Below, piece after piece: positions 1-11,415 of a stretch of 64,000 nucleotides of DNA; the stretch's first letter is position 1, and each line of letters opens with the position of its first letter. The notes below the pieces were generated by a model. The model was given only the letters and a program-made list of their open reading frames with translations. It did no database searches and was not told the DNA's origin. A program made the translations under genes and the position numbers. Location: the NCBI GenBank assembly GCA_964247055.1, contig OZ176051.1, positions 5,394,001 to 5,458,000 on the forward strand. The letters are read 5' to 3'. The DNA is from Paragordius varius. Its lineage: Eukaryota > Animalia > Nematomorpha.

Positions 1-3000
1 TCTGAGTTACTACTTGTGGGATTATTGGGTATAGATTTACGTATCTTTTCGTGGTTTGTTCTTTTGTTGCTCTCAATCACATCAATGGAAGCTGATTTTT
101 GTTTGTATGATTTATGTCCAGGGTATTGTTTTGTTTTGCCGTCACAAGACTCGCTCTTTTCTGGAGTTTGTTGTTCTCCTTTTGCTTTAGTGTTTTTAGA
201 TGTGTCAGCTGTTGATTGAGCAATCCCACTATTATTGAAAATGTTATAATAATATGATGGTTTATGTACATGTTCTAACGGCAGATGGTGATGATAAATA
301 TTTGATACACGATGTTCTAAAGGCAATTTTTCACTTCCAAAACGATTATCAGTAGTTGTTGGGTTAGAAGAAAAGTGCATAGTTGCATTTCCCATCAAAG
401 GGTGAGGCAGGTATGGGATAGCTGGATTTATGTCAAACAAGGCATCCCTGTTTTGTTGAACGGTCGGACAACAAATGGGATAGTTTAGGGTAAGTAAATC
501 TAAAACCAAGGAGAAACGAGTTATATATTGAATAACCATTATAGACAGCCATATTATCGGCATTATAGGGTGGAAACATAGAAAAAATGTAGGGCATATT
601 AATTTTTGTTATTTTTGCTTAAAATCGTCCCATACTCCTCTATGGAAGCGAGACATGGCCGATGACAGATTCAATCGCGAAAAACCTAATGAATAGAAAA
701 GCGGATGCTAAATTTATTCCAACCCAATAACTCAAATATGCATCTACTGTACCAAATCGAACTATTAAATATTATTAACAGAAAAAATAGGCTTAGATAT
801 ATCGGACACATCAAGAGTGCTCCAGAACAATGGACAAACAAAATTTTATCCTACATCCAGAAGATAACAATTGTAGAGGTAGACCAAAATTGAACTGGGA
901 AAAAACAATAAATAATAATTTAAGCGTTGTTGCCAACATTAATGATAACACCTGGCAAGATCAATATTACAGACAGCTTCTATACGAATACAATGGCTAG
1001 CCATTACACAAAGACGATATATCATCACATAAAAACGAGGCAAATTTTTTAGCAATAGTTTTGATTATTTCAAAACTATATGATGAATTATATACATGCC
1101 AATTGTAAGAAATTTATAGACTTTATATCCGAAAATCGATGATAAACAGAGAAAGAACTGTGTATCAAAATATTTAAATCATGGTTAAGAATCAAAACTT
1201 AAAAATTATTTTATCATCGAATTAAATGTGTGTAAACACAGATTTTAAACTGGCGCTAAAATAATTTTCAATTGCCACTTGCTCAGAATTCATTAAAAAA
1301 TTTCCTTTCTTCAAAAATAAAAATCATATTTAGTAATTTTGGCACAAAACAAAATAACAAACTTTACCATTTTCAAAATTAATTATACCGTTATTAACAC
1401 AAAAAATAAATTATATCATTATAAAATTCCTAAAAAATTAAAAATATGTATAAATTGATCATAAACATTCAATATTTTTTGAAATGATCATTTGATTACC
1501 GAATCCCCAAATTTACAAAGACAACTTTCATTAATATTCATAAAAAACTTTGGAAATGTGCCTATATGTGTGCCCTAATTAAAAACTTTTAAAATTCAAA
1601 AAACTTATGAAACACTTTATCGGGTAAAAATCATGCTATTATAAAGTTTACTAACTTGTTTTGAGCAAATATTGTTCAAGATTATGCCAAAGGGTTAATT
1701 CACACCCCATTTTCCCGACCGTGCCATCATCAACTAAAAGGAAATAGCCATGATGACTATTCAGCGCAAATGTGTTGGGTGAATGAGGCATTATCGAATA
1801 ATATTGCACAGTTTTCTATCATACCAAATAACATATGAATGGAAACATGCATAAATTTTTAAGTTAATTTATAATTATTAGTGTTTTGGATTTATTAATT
1901 ATTAAATCGAGATTATATTGATTTAGAATTTGTCTGCCAAAAAATATATAAAATAAGGATAATTAATGATAAATCAAAATATATTAAAGATAATATAAAA
2001 AAACATATTTAATATTAAAATTTTAATTAATATTTTATTAACGTGAAAAGGGCAGCCAAAATTTTTGTAGTGCACACATATTTATATACGTTTCAATTTT
2101 AAAGCGTTGAGGGTATTTATATATATATTTGCAAAATATAAAAAAATTAAAAATTAGAAGTAACATTTTAATAGAAAATGTAATAAAATCAAAGAAAAAA
2201 TAAATTTATTAATAAAATTACATCAAAGCCAATAAGTTCATCCCTATTTTGAACCATACCCCAAGGAGCTATGCCAATCGTCACAATGTTATTTCGATTT
2301 TTGTGTGGTAAGCCATCTAATGCATGTCCCACATACTTTACGTAACCTAAAACATATTTAATTAATTCTTTTTTTGAAAAAGTATAGAAAAAATCAATCT
2401 TTGAATTGTGAACTCTAACTTTTAAAAAAACAAAATTAGTGTAACTCCCAATATATGTAATATGAGCTTACATAAAAAAATTAAATATTCGAAAATATGG
2501 ACTCATAAAAACAATTTATTAGCCAATTTATTTAGCGAAGAAAAGCGTTTTAGAAAGCCCGGGAAAATTAACTAATATAACAATCGTTTTAAAAACCGGA
2601 ATAGCAATAAATTAATGAATTATTTTTTGTTTTAAGCAAATTTTTGAGATTATAAAAGCTGATTTTAATTTTTTTGAAAGCATTAATATTTTTACAAGAT
2701 TTATACGATTTGTTATGTGAACCGAAATCACAACCCTTCGACGAAAAAAATAAACCGGTGCCTTTTTTTGGGAATCCATAATTTACAAAAATAAATTCAT
2801 AAAATCTTTGATAATTCTTTATCAATTTTTTTAAATAAGTATATCCAATCAGGCAAGAATTAGAAAAAAATTGTTATATTATGTCTGAATTTTACGGTCT
2901 TATGTATAAAATCTAATAAATTATTTATGAATGCCCATATACATTTCGAATGCGCGCGTAGCCATTTGTGTTGGACACGCCTGATCTTAACGTTTGTTAA

Positions 3001-5064
3001 ACTGATTTAAAAAAATCCGAATTAAATCATTTAAGTAGGGAGATATTTTACGTATTTATTTTAAATCTCTTTAACAAGCTTCAGAACAAATATTCCACAA
3101 TCCGTAAAAATCTTTAAGAAATCGATTTATATAATTGGCAATAAATTTAATTTTTCACCATATAGATAGATATTTTATAAAAATAAAAACCAAACCTGTA
3201 TTAAGTCCATGAGTAAGGATCCATGTAACCGTTGTATTTGCCGCAAGAACAAGCCCATGTTGAAATTCGGCATTAATTTTGGGATTCAACTCAAAATTAT
3301 ACAATGAACCATGAATTGAGATGAGTATTTTGGGTAAATCAAGACCCCAGTGTGCAATAAGGAGTTGTAAAATAGCATCAGGTGGTGTATCAAACGATAA
3401 TCGAATGTACTATACGATAAATATACGGTAAAAACGTGATTAAAAACATTTTTTTTAAAAAAATAAACATTAATTTACTACATATATTTAATTTGAAACA
3501 TTAGCAAATTAATTTCCTATTTAACCGAAAACGATATAAAATTAATAAAATCATGATATAAAATAAAGTTTTTTTATTAAAAAAATATTTATGTTAGTTA
3601 CATATTATTAGCATAATTATTATAAATAATGCCAAACAATTTTTTAACTAAAATTAGGTATCTAGAATGTATATATTTATAAAGGGTCGGTTGATATACC
3701 ATTTACAATTCTAATTCACCCTCGAATAATTCAAATTCATTCTTGAACAATTCAAATTCACCCTAAAAATAAATTATATGATATATCTTTATGGTTTAGT
3801 TTATTATTTTTTCAGTATAATTTAATTTTAAATTTTAAATGTATAAAAAAAATGTAGGTAATTTTTAATCTCAAAAAACACATAATTTATTTTAGGGTGA
3901 ATTTGAATTGTTTAAGGGTGAATTTTAAGTGTTAATAGTATATTCAATTTGTCATATGTTTTCAGAGAAGGTGTTTTAAATTAAAAACTTTACAAAATTA
4001 TATTATCCGTATATGATATCTAATTACAAACGTGTAGTATCATATATAATAAGTGTATATATTTTTCAATATCCAATTCAATAAAATTATATATATTCCT
4101 AGTAATATAATTTCAAATTATCCATTGTATACATTTTAAATTAAATTTTGATATATTTTGAGAAAAGAGGAACATTTTGAATTTATTGGATTTTGGGCTA
4201 TAAATCACGCAAAGATTTTTTAATAAAAGGAGAATGACAACTTAATTTTTAACAATAAATTAGAAGCTATAAATTATACAGGTAAAATTTTACAAAAAAT
4301 ACGATTTCACAAACATTTAATAGTGCAAAATTACTAAATCCAAATGTAACCAGTTAAAAATTTACATATTACACAACTCATTTGCAATTATGTGGCAATG
4401 CTTGTTTTAAAAATATATATAGCCTAAGGTTAAATATATTAATAATATCCGATTAATTGCAAATTTTCGATTAATTTGAGCCAAAAATAGAGAAATTGAG
4501 AAAATATTTACCTGAGAGAAATATTGATGTGAAATGCCTTGAAATTCGATAATCCCCATAGCATTTGTAGGTTCTAACATTGTATGACATAAAACATCCC
4601 AATTTTCGATATGTGATTCAGCTATTTCGTGTTAAAAATTTAAAGGTACCTAAGTTTTCAATAGTGGAGACATAGGTAGGTAAACCACCTAATCCATCAT
4701 CTCTTGTGTTAATGGAATCAATATAGCTGTTTTCTCCTTGTTCTTGATTGAGTTGGTATAAATTATTTTCTAAATAATACAGGTGTCCATATATCTCTTG
4801 TTTTGAATTGTTAAAAGCTTCAATCACATAGCTAGTGTGACTATATAAGCTTTGACCACATCCACATAATCTAATATATTAATATAATTTAACCGATCCG
4901 AGGGATCAACAGTTAAGGGGTAAGAAGATGGTATGAACTTATTACAGATCCGTTTTTTAAAAACAGATTCAATCCATCGACATTTTATCTAAAATAAAAT
5001 CAAAGTTTACAATTCCGATAGAGCTTAGACGCTTTCTGCTGCTGTATGATATTTTTGGGATCAT
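1..5064 (-). CDS. TRPM: TRPM-family cation channel (TRPM1/3/6/7-like N-terminal MHR region), 5' part; gene continues beyond the left edge
   Basis: Exons 5064-5011, 4988-4894, 4870-4650, 4621-4512, 3409-3196, 2346-2222, 1815-1656 and 499-<1, all GT-AG and phase-compatible. Spliced product: [18 protein letters not shown]|[24 protein letters not shown]|[11 protein letters not shown]...|[36 protein letters not shown]|[61 protein letters not shown]|[31 protein letters not shown]|..[22 protein letters not shown]. This matches the TRPM motifs SWIE..F.KREC, PTDAFGTIEFQG, LPKLLISVHGG, IGIAPWG and HFILADNGT.GK.G.E. The ATG at 5064 is tentative because it follows an AG. Confidence 0.93.
640..1010 (+). 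mobile_element. Decayed 3' fragment of an RTE-like LINE inside a TRPM intron
   Basis: [10 protein letters not shown] and, in another frame, [12 protein letters not shown] resemble the RLRWFGHV...RGRPK.RW.D.I C-terminus of RTE ORFs (compare 58658-58999). Stops and frameshifts are present. Confidence 0.6.
3695..3942. mobile_element. Foldback-type MITE, copy 1 (in TRPM intron 4)
   Basis: Begins TATACCATTTACAATTC. The inverted arms are built from ~21-bp subrepeats (TTCACCCTyrAACAATTCAAA) around an AT-rich core shared with four other copies. Confidence 0.75.
4622..4649 (-). other. 28-nt micro-intron (TRPM intron 3; an alternative upstream donor would give 67 nt)
   Basis: GTACCTTTAAATTTTTAACACGAAATAG, phase 1. 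The unspliced frame ends in TGA at 4620-4618 and the acceptor restores the W..HT..PT frame. Confidence 0.6.
4871..4893 (-). other. 23-nt micro-intron (TRPM intron 2)
   Basis: GTTAAATTATATTAATATATTAG, phase 2. Removal joins ..DPSDR|LCGCGQ..H (TRPM DPHR-CCCGR..H); retention frameshifts. Confidence 0.9.
4989..5010 (-). other. 22-nt spliceosomal micro-intron (TRPM intron 1)
   Basis: GTAAACTTTGATTTTATTTTAG, phase 0. Retention shifts the frame to a TGA before the conserved [10 protein letters not shown] motif. Confidence 0.75.
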
Positions 5065-5162
5065 CTTAATTTCTTCATGTTACAACCAGTCTAATTTACT
5101 CATACGCAAAAACAGCTATGTATAAAAATGCATATCTTGTATAAATTTTTATCGCAAAAATT
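5065..5162. promoter_or_regulatory. 98-bp interval between divergent TRPM and CAP start codons (candidate bidirectional promoter)
   Basis: The inferred ATGs are at 5064 (-) and 5163 (+). A TATAAAAA lies at about 5121. Position only, no transcript data. Confidence 0.35.
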
Positions 5163-7863
5163 ATGTTTTTTAATAATGTTGTTTCTGCTTTATTAAAATT
5201 AATCTACACTCAACCTATAGTAAAATAAAAAATTAACTTAAGATAATTTGTCCAAAAAATTATTCGCTTAAATATTCATGTGTACATCAAATGAGTTCTC
5301 ATCGGTCGAATTCAATATTATACATGCATAACCAAATAAGAAGTTCAGTAAACCCTCCATCGGGTGATATGTTGGAGTTAGTATGGTTATTGTAATAATT
5401 TAGATTTGGGACCATGGAGGTGAGATGGCAGCTATGTCACTTGTTAGTCAATGTGATATCAAAAAAGATTATGCGATAAATTGGAATAGTAATAAAATTT
5501 TTGTTTTATTCATATTTGAATATAAATATAACTATTTAATTAATAATAAACCGTGGATACAATACCTTTCAGTCCTCCGCTTCAAATTTGGGTTTTTGAG
5601 GCCCCCAGACCTCTTTAAAATCAATATTTCTTGACACTAATTAACATTGCAGAAGTTTGCTTATATATAATTTTAAACCGCAGTATAAAAAGATTCATTT
5701 AAAAAAATGATATTATTTATGGATAAACCTCAAAAAAATCAACGTGTCCATTACCTAAATACAAAAATGATGCAAAATAACCTCTTTTTTATTGATATTG
5801 TTCAGTGTTATTTAGATAAATTCTTTAATTTTAGCGTTAGATTAAATAAACACGATATTTGCAAAATGTGGAGTGGCGTAGAAGCAGTTTGAAAAGGAGC
5901 TTATTTCAAAACTATATTATTTATGGATTATTTATATTATAAAATTTGAATATTGTATTAGCGATTTAAATATAGGATAGCGGTGAAAAGTTTAGGATGA
6001 GAATTTGTTAACAATTATGCATCGAAACGTGCGCCTTAAAGCTGAAAGCAAATTTTTTGATTAGGTCTAATACCTTAAATACTTTTTGAAATATTAAGTA
6101 ACCCTTCAGATATTAAACTACCCTTAAAGGTAGAAGGTTAACATTAAATTATGCATATGTTGAGGTACATGAATAAGTATTAAATTGATTACATATCATC
6201 TTTTCGGTGAGGTTTATGACAAAACATTTTTTAAAAAAAAATATTATTTTTTTCACAAATACGACATATTTTTACAAATATTAGAGCCTTTAGACCAAAT
6301 ATTTTTGACATAATCGCAACGTAGTGCTGATAAGTACGCTTACTTACATTAAAATGAAGGATCATTATTATCAGCGGTTTGAAACATCTTTTTTAATCTT
6401 AAAAATGTCCTAAAATATTTAGGCTATTAATTTTTCGATTCCACATAAACTACCCCATATTTTATTAACAGATTTAAACCTGGTTTTTATAATATGTTTG
6501 GATCTGTTATTATAATTAACATAAAGAAATATATACATTATATAAATAAAACAAAAAACATGAATATATTGTATTGGGTGTTTATAATAATAGCTAACGA
6601 AATAGGAGGACAAAATATATATGTATCAGACCTAAGCTTAAAATATCCTAATTGGGGAGAAGCTATTGGCGAATGGACAGATACCCATATATTAATACAA
6701 ATGAACCGATATCAACAAGATGATGAGTATTCGCAGGTATGCATTTCAACAAATTATAAATATTCTATTATACCCTATAATAGAGTATGTTTTTCATGCC
6801 CAGATTAGGTGTTATAATTTTCTTACGGATAACCTTTCATCTGATCTCAATAAATATAAAAGAATTATAGTATTTAGTTATTTCAAAAAAAGTTTTATAA
6901 TTAAAAGGTAAACACTCTTCTACTGCTGACAATGATTTAAAAGTTATGCATATACGGGGTTTGGCCAAATCCTACGGACGCCTTAACCATGTAGATTGTA
7001 ATAAAAATTATTCATAAAACTTGTGACTAAAAAGTTATTAGATTAATAAATCATTAGAGTTATGAGTAATATATTTTTAATTAATGACAGTCTTATTTAA
7101 CAATGCAAATTTTATTTTACATAAAGTACCATGATAAATTTGGAAATGAATAACTCTTATTTCGCATGTTGGAAAATTATTTCTAATGTCCTTAACACTC
7201 CGTGTTTTAATACTTTATTAGAGTTAATAATATCATATTGTTTTATATCTAATTTAAATAGTTTTGGTGATGGTAAATTGTGTAAAAAATGTTTGTTTTG
7301 TTTTTTCGTGTTTTAGCTTCCATGAATTAGCCCTAATACAATATGATCCAATAAATTTTTATGTTTTTCCAAAATAAAATTATAACTTGGGTGTCTTTTT
7401 TTTACTTGTTGTTTACACCTAACGCATAAAACAAACCTCTCTAGATAAGTTGGAATTTTTTTGCAATTTTTCAAAATGAAGTAATTTAAATATAACTACA
7501 TAATTATCTATAGATCTATTCTAAATTTGTTTTTAAGCTTAGAGGGTAATTTTGCACATATATCAATATCCCAATAGTCACACGTATTTTTTTATGAAAG
7601 GTAGTGTGGAGTCGAACAAAATCTATAGGCTGTGCTTCAGCTTATTGTCCTGCAAAGGAAAAGAAGGCATTTGGCCCTTTCATATTTTATGCTTGCAATT
7701 ATTACCCCAGGTATATGTGCGTAATTTTGTTTTTAGAGGCAATATACCCGGTCAACTGCCTTATAAAATAGCCAAAAAACAAAGCTGTTCCAAATGCGCC
7801 AAAGGTGGATTGTGCCTCACAAAAGGACCTTTTAGCGGAAAACTCTATAAACGATGCGGTTAA
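5163..7863 (+). CDS. CAP/SCP-TAPS (venom allergen/CRISP-like) secreted protein
   Basis: Exons 5163-5219, 5243-5380, 5404-5488, 6594(or 6606)-6736, 7601-7710 and 7737-7863. Product: ..IICPKNYSLKYSCVH..SILYMHNQIRSSVNPPSGDMLEL|IWDHGGEMAAMSLVSQC..|GQNIYVS..NWGEAIGEWTDT..DEYSQ|VVWSRTKSIGCASAYCPA..FIFYACNYYPR|GNIPGQLPYK..CSKC..LC. This contains HN..RS.V.P.A.NM, W.D, GEN-like, YTQ-VVW...IGC and CNY.P.GN CAP signatures. The start codon is tentative. Confidence 0.92.
5220..5242 (+). other. 23-nt micro-intron (CAP intron 1)
   Basis: GTAAAATAAAAAATTAACTTAAG, phase 0, with an in-frame TAA if retained. It links an ATG-initiated hydrophobic leader to the CAP body. Confidence 0.65.
5381..5403 (+). other. 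23-nt micro-intron (CAP intron 2)
   Basis: GTATGGTTATTGTAATAATTTAG, phase 0, with an in-frame TAA if retained. Removal gives PPSGDMLEL|IWD (canonical PPASNMLKM-xWD). Confidence 0.93.
7711..7736 (+). other. 26-nt micro-intron (CAP last intron)
   Basis: GTATATGTGCGTAATTTTGTTTTTAG, phase 2. Only its removal reconstitutes the CNYYPR|GN signature. Confidence 0.94.
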
Positions 7864-10800
7864 CTATTTTAATTTGTGTTTTTATTGCACATTAATCGAT
7901 TTGCGAGGATATAAACTTTTTAAGTGTTTAATAGCCTTGCAAAAAATACAAAATAATCGAAAAACTATTAATAGCACATACACCTTTTAATCTTATCGAT
8001 TTTAATGAAGCATTTCAAATAAATAGTAACAATCTATTTTGAAATTGAGTAAAATTGATAAATGTATAGATTTCATTTTATTTTTTGATAACCACATAAC
8101 AAGGGTATAATCAATAAAAATGTAAAAAATGTTATTAATCCTTTAATATAGTTCAATTAATATAATAATTTCTATTCTTTGGGCCAGCTATGTTAGAATA
8201 TAATTTAAATCTTTACAGAGTGACACTTTTTTCGTTAACAGTCGCATTTTTTAAACCCAGTTGAATTTAATTCGGAAACATCAACAAAACTTCCAAATAT
8301 CGCAAAAATTATATATAGCACACCCAAACAGTGTTTAATTTAAATTAAAAAACTATATTAGCTGCTTTCTAAATTTAGGTCAATCTTGATTTAAGTGTTA
8401 CAATATTTTCCTCTCGTAGTTATGTGTGTTGTTTTAAGTCGAGTTCGCTTTTAGATATTTTAACACCGTAAACCGTTGGTTATTACATAATATTTGAATA
8501 TGTTATTTATTTTACCCATCTAATTTGAAGCCTAACATTTTTTCATGGATATGGTGTCTGACTAAATGATCAAAATATTTCGAGTAAATAGGGTCTATTT
8601 TCTTTAATTATGGCGTGTGTGTGCCTAATTTTACTTATCCCATCACTCCGTTCAGTATCGTCCGTCTGCGCCAGACTTATGAATTATCCGTTTTGCCCAG
8701 CCAAAAGTGAAAAAAATGGGTATGAATCCTGGTCTATAAAAATTGAACGCGTTTTTTAGTTTTTTTCGAAAGCTCTCACTTTTACTAAGGCGTTTTTACT
8801 ATTAAGTTCGTCGTACTAATTTTATATCTAGAAAGTGTGTTCCTTTCAAAGTTAGTAATTTCCTTAAAATCTTATGACTTTTGTTTTTTTTCAATTGGTT
8901 GGATACTGTATGTTCCGCCTCTATTAAGCCTATTCAACATGGTACCATATTACGATTATATTATTGGTGACCAAGATATATTCAATTGAAAATCCAAAGT
9001 TATTAATTGTTAGCTCAGCAATTTTTAGGTTCATTTTTTGGGAGGATTAGACTCCTTCATAATACTTTTTACATTTAATTAATACGGCGAATCTTATATC
9101 TTTATCATACTGCTTTTTTATTTTTTTGCAAGTAGTTTTTAAGTTTGTTGAAAATCTCCCATTTAATAATTTTATAATTTGTGTATGAATAATTGTGGGA
9201 AGGGTCCCCATAGTTTGTCCTTATTTTATAAATAAATTTTCTAAATCAGGGCAGCACGCACAACTTGTGATCCCGTTGTTTTTATAATCCATGGCATTTT
9301 TGTTTGAAGTGCTACAACATCCCTAACACACGTCCTTGTTCTGTGAGCAGCTTTAATTATTTTATGTCTTATTTTGTACGATGATATAATTTTATCAAAA
9401 TGCGATGCTGATTCTCTCGTTTTTTACATTTGGCTTATACTAAAAAATGGTTAGTGATTTTTTCCATTTCAATGACCATGTGACGTTTTCCACGTGTTTG
9501 TTAAACGATATCTGTTTTTAAAAAAAATCTCCAAATAATTGCCATGAGTTCATCGCATTAGGCATTGTAGTAGGAAGTGATTTTGTTATTTAAAATAATT
9601 TAAGGCTTTAATTTTTGAAAATTTTACAAATCATCACGGGAAAGCTTTGCAGAGTTAAAAATGGATTCTACTTACTTTTCATTGCATTTTTTTCTGCGAG
9701 CCGTAATAGTTAAAAATGTCTCAATTTTTTCAGGACGTTGAAGAAATTTAAACGGATATTCCAAATTAATTATTAACATTTGGGTAAGCAGCAAAAAAAA
9801 TATGCAAAAATAGCCAGATTTTCTAAGTTTTACGGTTTTTGAAGATATGTTTTGAAAGGGCTTTTTAATTTTTCTAATAGGCTTGCTTCTGGTTTTTTAA
9901 ATTTTGTTACCGTTAGATTTATTAAATAAATTTATATAAATTGATGCTTTTAAAATATTTAGGTATTAGAAACTTTGTATAAATACTAAAAATTGCATTG
10001 TGATTATGTTATGTCATTTATTCCATCAAATTCATCCGGCAGTTTACAAGATGATTTTGGTGCTTATACAATACAAATGATCAATTATTGTTAGGAAGTA
10101 GTCTAATATGTAGCCACATCCCAAAAAATTTAAAAGATTTATTATAAATGCTCTAACCTTTAGATATGTTTTGTCACAACATCTTTCACAATTGCGTGTA
10201 TTTAGCCACCACTTGTCGATCACAGGTTTTTGTAGATGGAAACTATATAATGATAGGAAATGCTTGTCCCACGTTTTGTAAAAGTATCTGCAAAAAGTGA
10301 TCGTTTAATCAAATCCATAAATATTTATATTCACAATCAAATGCAAATATGACATATCTCATCCAAATTAATTTAGTGCTTAGAATATATATATTACGCT
10401 AATTATTTTCGTATTAACTCCACATTTTTTAATATTCAAACTAAAAGATAAGACACCTTGAGCAAAGTATTCCAAAAAAATTATAATTTATTTGTTGGTA
10501 AATCACAAAATTCTACATATTACACGTATAAATTAAAACATTAATCATTTTTATTATTGGCTAAATCAATATGTTTATACATTAAATAACTTATTTGCCA
10601 TGTATTATATCAAGATCGCAGCTACTTACAACATGATGCATATATTTATCGATGGTTGAATTAATTTTTGTATGTATTTATTAAACATAAATATGTTACC
10701 TAAAGTATCTATCACAAAATTGCATAATTTAAGCTTAAAGAGTTAGGGGATGAAATCAATCAATTCAAAAAGGACTCGACAATGCTCGGAGCTTTAAATA

Positions 10801-11415
10801 GATTATAAACGGTAAACTGCTTTCACTATTTTTTTGAAGGCTTATACCTTGACATAGGCTGGGCTAGTCAGAGAAAATAAATGACGAGTGCCTTAAATTT
10901 CGGCGATAAAAAGTAAAATATGGGAATAATTTAGATTTTATTAAATGGCACCATTCTCATTTTGATTCAAGGCCATGATTTTTATGTGAAGGCGTTTTTT
11001 ACACACGCCTGGACTGAACCTTATTAATTAAGAAAAAGGCCAGCTATTGTAACTTTTGAGAGATATTCTCAAATTTACATCTTTTGTGTTCATCGGAATA
11101 TTATTCAAATGCACGCTTATAAAAGCTTATATTTTGTAAAAAAATTTACTGAGTGCGTCGCCATAGATGTTAAAAATAAATATTTTAAAGGGTTATTATA
11201 CCATTTTTATACTACCTCAAAATAGTATAAAGTACACCTCGATTTTGCAAACATTAAATTTTAAAAATTTTGATAAAAATACAATTTAACAAAAAATGTT
11301 TTTTAACTTGTAAAATTATTGTTATAAAGAAAACAATCATCGTAGACAAATATATCATAAAATTTTTTGGTTCGGAAGGACCGTTTATATTAGAATTTTT
11401 ATTCCGATCATTATA

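Noticed and set aside
5281-5400. Minus-strand FTELLIWLCM resembling the TRPM MHR4 motif
   Set aside because: It lies upstream of the TRPM start, hits a stop, and is the antisense of CAP exon 2.
6494-6605. Apparent signal peptide (MNILYWVFIIIA) in ORF 6494-6808
   Set aside because: This is intron read-through. The real CAP N-terminal exons are at 5163-5488 and join in phase at 6594/6606.
8900-10400. Possible decayed LINE pieces on the minus strand (IEYILV and others)
   Set aside because: The similarity is too fragmentary to support boundaries or a family without a search.
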